From Amoebophrya sp. A120 (taxonomy: Eukaryota > Protista > Dinoflagellata), in assembly GCA_905178155.1 (NCBI GenBank), contig CAJINV010000001.1, positions 1,166,606 through 1,230,605 on the forward strand: a DNA stretch of 64,000 nt, in the 5' to 3' direction. The notes under the pieces were generated by a model that searched no databases, was not told the origin of the DNA, and saw nothing but the letters and a program-made list of their open reading frames with translations. Both the position numbers and the translations under genes were made by a program. Within the stretch, counting starts at the first letter, position 1; every line of letters starts with the position of its first letter. Shown in pieces: positions 59,120 to 64,000 of this stretch.

Positions 59120-60462
59120 ACGAACTGCGTGCAGCAAAAAAGTTTTTGTAAACTCCCCCGGATTTTTTCATTTTCAGCTTTTGCTGTTTGTGACTCACCA
59201 TCAACAAACAGAGTGTAGAGCAACATAAGTATCAGCTTGTCCGTCATTTCTGAACAAGTACTTGATTGTTTGATGTGCAAGGAGTCGTGTGCAGATATCG
59301 ATGTATTACGGAGGTGCGCCTCCAAAAGGAAGGTCAATGTTGATAAAAGGAAGATGCTTCTCGCGGGTCTTGCTGTGTCGATATTCTATGAGTTCTGCTC
59401 GTCGTTCCGAAAATAAATCTCGAGGAAATATACCATGTCATCAATCATATTCCCTCAAAATAATCGTTGCGCAGGGATCAAGCTCGCTTATTCGCATCCG
59501 TTTTGCTAAGCACATTTTCTGCAGGTAGTTTCTTTCGAACTTTTATTTGTTGCGGAGGGACGTGAAGGACGCGCCCAACCGTGTCAAGACCATATCAGAT
59601 TTGCGGTCACAGCTGTTTTTCTTTGCGGTGTACCACTACAAAGCAGAGCGCAATCTGTTTTACAACCTGATATTGAAGTTTTTTGCTACTTCTAGCCACC
59701 AAGAAGACAGGATTTGAATCTGTCTCGAGTTTTCATTTGCGGCGGTTTCCGTTTTCCCGAAGAACCTTGTTGAGTGTCATTGCATGTTGGCGCCTGCGAG
59801 GTCCCAGGTTTAAGACTGCCTTCGGTTGTTGAAATGAACGATAAGTAAAGACTTCTCGGTCTCATCTCTGGTGAGCATGCTACGTCCTGGACCATCAAGA
59901 AAAGCAAGTCGGTAGTCGTCCTCTTCTGTTTTCAACTTCTGCGTAAATTGGATTCGGTTTCCGCTGCGCTCTCTGACCCGGTCGGTTTTCTCGTTGCCCG
60001 CTAGGAACTTACTTAGCAAATGTCGGTTGACAAATACTAGCGAACCTTTCTACGTCGGTTATTTTCAAAGGCGAGCGGCCTACTGATTTTACTTCTCGTC
60101 AGCGCGGCCCCGTTTGCGTGCTTGCACGGAGTGCTGTCATACTCGTGTGCACACGTGTCTCACTCCTCTTGATTGATTCGCCAGGAAGATCATCAATGTT
60201 TGAAGAACCCCACAAGGACATCGATTTTCTGTCGTGACACTGAGGATATGACAACCAAGAAGAAAAAACTACTTTTTTATACATTATTCCCCCAGACTTT
60301 ACATTTGATTTTTTCTCATCGCAAGCCCCCTAATGAATTAAGATTAACACGCGGATAAAGAGAAGCGTGAACAAAGCAACTCTTACTTTTCCTCGAGTTG
60401 CGTTTATTGAATCGTGCTTCTATCTAAGTAGTACTTAAAAACCTCGGCGAACTTCTTCTACC

Positions 60463-63400
60463 ATGAGAAGCGGAAGCAGTAGCGGATTACCCTTGCAGGC
60501 GGCGGCCCCCGGCGGCCCTCTCGGGACAACGACAACTCATCCGGGCGGGCGGAAATTATGCTTTTCGCGGTTTCTCGGCCGCACACTCACGATCCTGCTG
60601 ACCGCCGGAAATGCGGCAAACGACTTGGGTACTAGTACGAACATGGGTCTTCTACGCCCCGCCTTGGCGAAGGAACAACTGCAGGAGCCATCTTCGGGCG
60701 CGACCCCCCGCGGGAACAACTACAACCCGGCGGCCGCTCCACCGCGGACCCAGAAGGAACATCTTCAACAAGCGACTTTTCCGTTTCCCAAGCTGCCTCT
60801 GCCCGTGCTTTCCCAAACTGCGGTAGAGGACAGTGCGCTTCTCGCGGGTATTCGACGACATGAGGCGAAAATGCGCGAGTTGCTGCAGTACGGAAAAGTT
60901 GTGCACCCGGGCGGGGGGCAGACCAACCGGAAAGGACGCGGAATGGCCGCAATGGAGTCCCACGCGAGCCGGGAGAACGCAAATCACGACATGGCAGGAG
61001 CAAAGGAGATGAAGCGCCAGATGAAAACAAGAACGCTAAAGCACCACTGGAACAACAAGAACGCGACTGCTGTGGCAGACTCAGGGTCGCGGTCGCCGCG
61101 ACGCAGTTTGACCCACCACGACGACCTGAATCCGGACTATCCGGATATGAAATACGTGGAATTCCGCGGTGACCGGATTGACCGCAAAGACGAACGGCCA
61201 ACCAGTCTGTGCTTGTCGTTATTCGCCCCGGACCACGACCACTGCACCCGGAATCCGATCACCAACGGCCAGGCGCAAGTCACCCTCCCGCTGTTGCCGG
61301 CCGGGTGCAAAGACGACCCCGGGTGCAATAGTTGTGTCCAACTGATGATTGCCGGCGCAGTCTACTACGCGGGTGTGCACTGCGACACCCCGAACGCGTG
61401 TGCTACGGGACAAAGCGGCGTGTCGTGCCAACAGGCAGCCCATCTAGCCGTTTATTACTCAAACTACTACAAGGAGCTGCGCACCATAGGCCAGAACACG
61501 GGGCCAGAGTCCGTTTCTCCGCATTTTGTGACGGACACCCGCCACTGGCAACACTTTCTTCCGGTGGGTGTCTGTCGGGACAGTACGGGCGAGCTTCCGA
61601 AGCTGTCCGATGGGACAACTACGGCTGCGCTATGCAAGAAAAAAAGAACAAAAGCTGTGTAAGTAGTGTAGGTCTGCAATGCAAAATATGCAAAACAGTT
61701 TCAGTGACAGTTGTCATGCGGCTGGCCAGCCTTCGCGTCCTTTTTTCATACCTCGTGCTGTGTTCACAGTATACTAGCATGATTTCCTGCTGATGCGGAA
61801 CAAATTTGTCATGCTGTCAGCACACTAAAACACACCTACTCTCGTCACGCAGTTTTTTTCTTGGATATGGTTACGATGGCTCCTACCGGCGTTTTGAGGG
61901 CCGCAACACGGGGTCCTGCGGCGAGCCGGTGTCGGTTTTGCAACCTCCTTGCTCGTCCATTTACAGTTCGGGGTGCTCGGCGGCGCTAGACAGGACCTTC
62001 ACGTGGCCTGTTCACGGTGGGGATCAAAACCTGCAAGTCTCTCCGACCGGGGATCCATACGAAACCGCCGCACTCACCGCACAGCGGTACTGCGACGCCA
62101 ACCGGGGCACCTGCCAGGGATTCTATGTGTCGAAGATACCCCACCGCGGGTGGTGGGCTGCTTACGGACTTGGTGCGACTCACAGCTTTCGCTTCATTAG
62201 GCCGCTCAGTAGCACGGACAAAATTCAATCGAGCCCGGAGACCTACAAGCCGCAGGTCGGCATGTCGACCGTGTCTGCCGCGTCCTGCTCTACCGGCGGT
62301 GTGTATATCAGTGAGCACGGGGCTACTGTGGAATTTGACCTGTACGTGAGAGCGGTGGGTGCCTTGTCTTGCCCGGAGTGGGTTGAAGGCATCGAGAAGC
62401 TGGCGGGGGGCACGGACGAAAAACAGGGCTGCGTTATCCTAGGCAAAAACGTCCCCACCCCAAAATCAAGAGAAATCTGCTAGACAAATCAGCCAGCTTT
62501 GGTTGATGTCCTGCCTGACAATTTTGGCCTCGTAGCGTGTTCCTGTTTAGCTTCTTCAGCAGCATCACAGATCTAGCCTATCACCCTGATTGGAGCGCGA
62601 CAAATTGCGAATCACGGCTAGAAGCATATAAATCGAATGCTTGCTTATGCTTCTCATGGGGCTCCACACGAGAAATATTTTTAGCATGCGCCTCTGCGTT
62701 GCAGCTATAGGGTGGGGACGTTTTTGCATAGGATATGCGGACCTGCGTACCAGAACCGCGTGTGCAGCAACAAGGAGAATGGCTACTGCAACGAGGCGAC
62801 GGGGCGGTGCGAGGCGACGCCCCCCACTGCGGACGCGGTCGGCCGTGCGTTCGCGGGCACGTACACGCGAACCGAACTGTGGGACTTTTATTCCTACCCT
62901 GGCTGCACGGACACCTCTACGGGCTCGTTCACTCACGACGGTCAGGTGTTTGGGAACAAGTGGTTCACGGAGGCCTTTTACAACACGGGTCAGATGGTCC
63001 TGCAGACGGCCGAGGTCCTCAGTTGGGGGGTGTGCGACATCAACACGGACGATATCACAAGGAAAAGTCCCCCCTCTCCATATCAAAAGGAAGTTTCTGT
63101 TGCTGGACTTGCGGATACAAATCAGGTTTGTCTTGCAGTAGAGGACTGCAGGCTCCTGCCAAGCCTGAGTAGAGAGCTTTTGGCCTAGGCGCTTAGCATG
63201 AGAAACGACTATGCTGTAGGCCCAACAGCATCACAAACCGCCTGCATAATGCGGCAAAGCCTGTGGAGTTGTCTTCTTGCAAGACAGACGTGATTTGTGG
63301 TCTCAAAGCAGCAAGACAAATGTCCGGAAACATACTTTTTCGATATGGGGAGGGGGGATTTTTCCTCTCAATAGACGAGCGCGACGAAGTGGAGCGGCGG

Positions 63401-64000
63401 GTGGAGGTGCCCTTCGCGGCCGGCCTGCAGTCCATATGGATTGCAAATATGTCTGGGTCTGGAAGAGTACAAACTTGTGATGCGCATTTCAGAACACAGA
63501 AAAATCTCTGATGCATAGATAGCAAAAGCTGCCCACTTTCTGTCACCAAATGGGGCGACATTTGTCATGCGGATTCGGCATTGCGAACGCTTCTCGAAAC
63601 CTGTGTGATGCTAGAGCTTCCATGCCAAACCTTCTACGTCATGCAAAAACAGCATGAGTCCAGACCCAGACACTTTTACATTTGATAGTCCACCTGCGAG
63701 GGCGATTTCCCGGCGTGCTCCAACACCTGTCCCACCGCCTTCAATGGGGTCTGCGAGGATGGAGGCGCGGACGCGGAAGTTGCGGCGAACGCAGCCTTTG
63801 TCGGCGTGGACCCGCCCCGGTCAAAGGGCGGGAACCAGGTCGGCGCGGTATTACAATGAAAAATGCCCCCTCCCCATATCAAAACGGAAATCTGTGATGC
63901 AGATTTGGGGTCACAAATCAGCTTTGTGATGCTAGAAGGCAAAAGATGCGGACTGTAGTGCTGTCTAGCGTGGGAAAGCCTTGCAGCTCCAGGATGACAG
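60463..64000 (+). CDS. Large Cys-rich, probably secreted or surface protein; runs off the window
   Basis: Long GC3-rich exons joined in frame across five introners; hydrophobic TLTILLTA segment; many Cys clusters (YCDANRGTCQGF, VCSNKENGYCNEATGRCE, CSNTCPTAFNGVCEDGG). Confidence 0.65.
61631..61867. mobile_element. Introner, singleton family, DR decayed
   Basis: TATGCAAGAAAAAAA...TTTTTTTCTTGGATA; DR TGCGC/TGGTT; element+5 nt restores frame. Confidence 0.75.
62435..62735. mobile_element. Introner, family B
   Basis: DR TGCGT/TGCGG. Confidence 0.9.
63053..63373. mobile_element. Introner, family C (opposite orientation to 35048-35358)
   Basis: DR GACGA/GACGA. Confidence 0.92.
63435..63687. mobile_element. 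Introner, family A
   Basis: DR GTCCA/GTCCA. Confidence 0.92.
63849..64000. mobile_element. Introner, family C body with E-type left end; truncated by window edge
   Basis: TATTACAATGAAAAATGCCCCCTCCCCATATC followed by a body like 16265-16575. Confidence 0.85.

Noticed and set aside
16230-63942. Recurrent short ORFs (MSGSGR..., CKNVWVWK..., PDPDIF..., GVGTFL..., KIPPPHI...) that look like a repeated protein family
   Set aside because: They are chance translations of introner TIRs in several frames and strands, with no conserved start, stop or coding signal.
1-64000. Autonomous transposase for the introners
   Set aside because: No DDE, tyrosine-recombinase or reverse-transcriptase ORF is recognisable in this window; all elements are under 400 bp.

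Overview
Eukaryotic (alveolate-type) genomic DNA with about 15 intron-containing protein-coding genes, all on the + strand: PCF11-like, two ankyrin-repeat proteins, a rhomboid-like membrane protein, a pepsin-family aspartic protease, a dynamin-type GTPase with a C-terminal RING finger, two hypothetical proteins, a Xi-class GST (ECM4/YqjG type), a giant multidomain GT15 mannosyltransferase, NCBP3-like, a vacuolar sorting receptor-like protein, a calpain, a PARP-type zinc-finger protein and a large Cys-rich secreted-type protein. The dominant feature is about 52 MITE-like insertions (144-396 bp) that I located by eye, all inside coding exons. Each starts TAT (once TAC), ends ATA and has terminal inverted repeats (TIRs). 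Most are flanked by a recognisable 5-bp direct repeat (DR). Removing the element plus one DR copy restores the reading frame and conserved protein motifs, so they behave as non-canonical introns (introners). This architecture, with co-oriented genes, matches what is published for the parasitic dinoflagellate Amoebophrya (organism assignment is inference). Further rules seen here: an inferred N|TAT...ATA-NNNN splice register, orientation independence, a shared internal TGTNATGC motif, lengths quantised in ~10-bp steps, and clustering around micro-exons. No transposase, rRNA, tRNA or CRISPR array was seen. Coordinates were counted by hand and may be off by a base or two.
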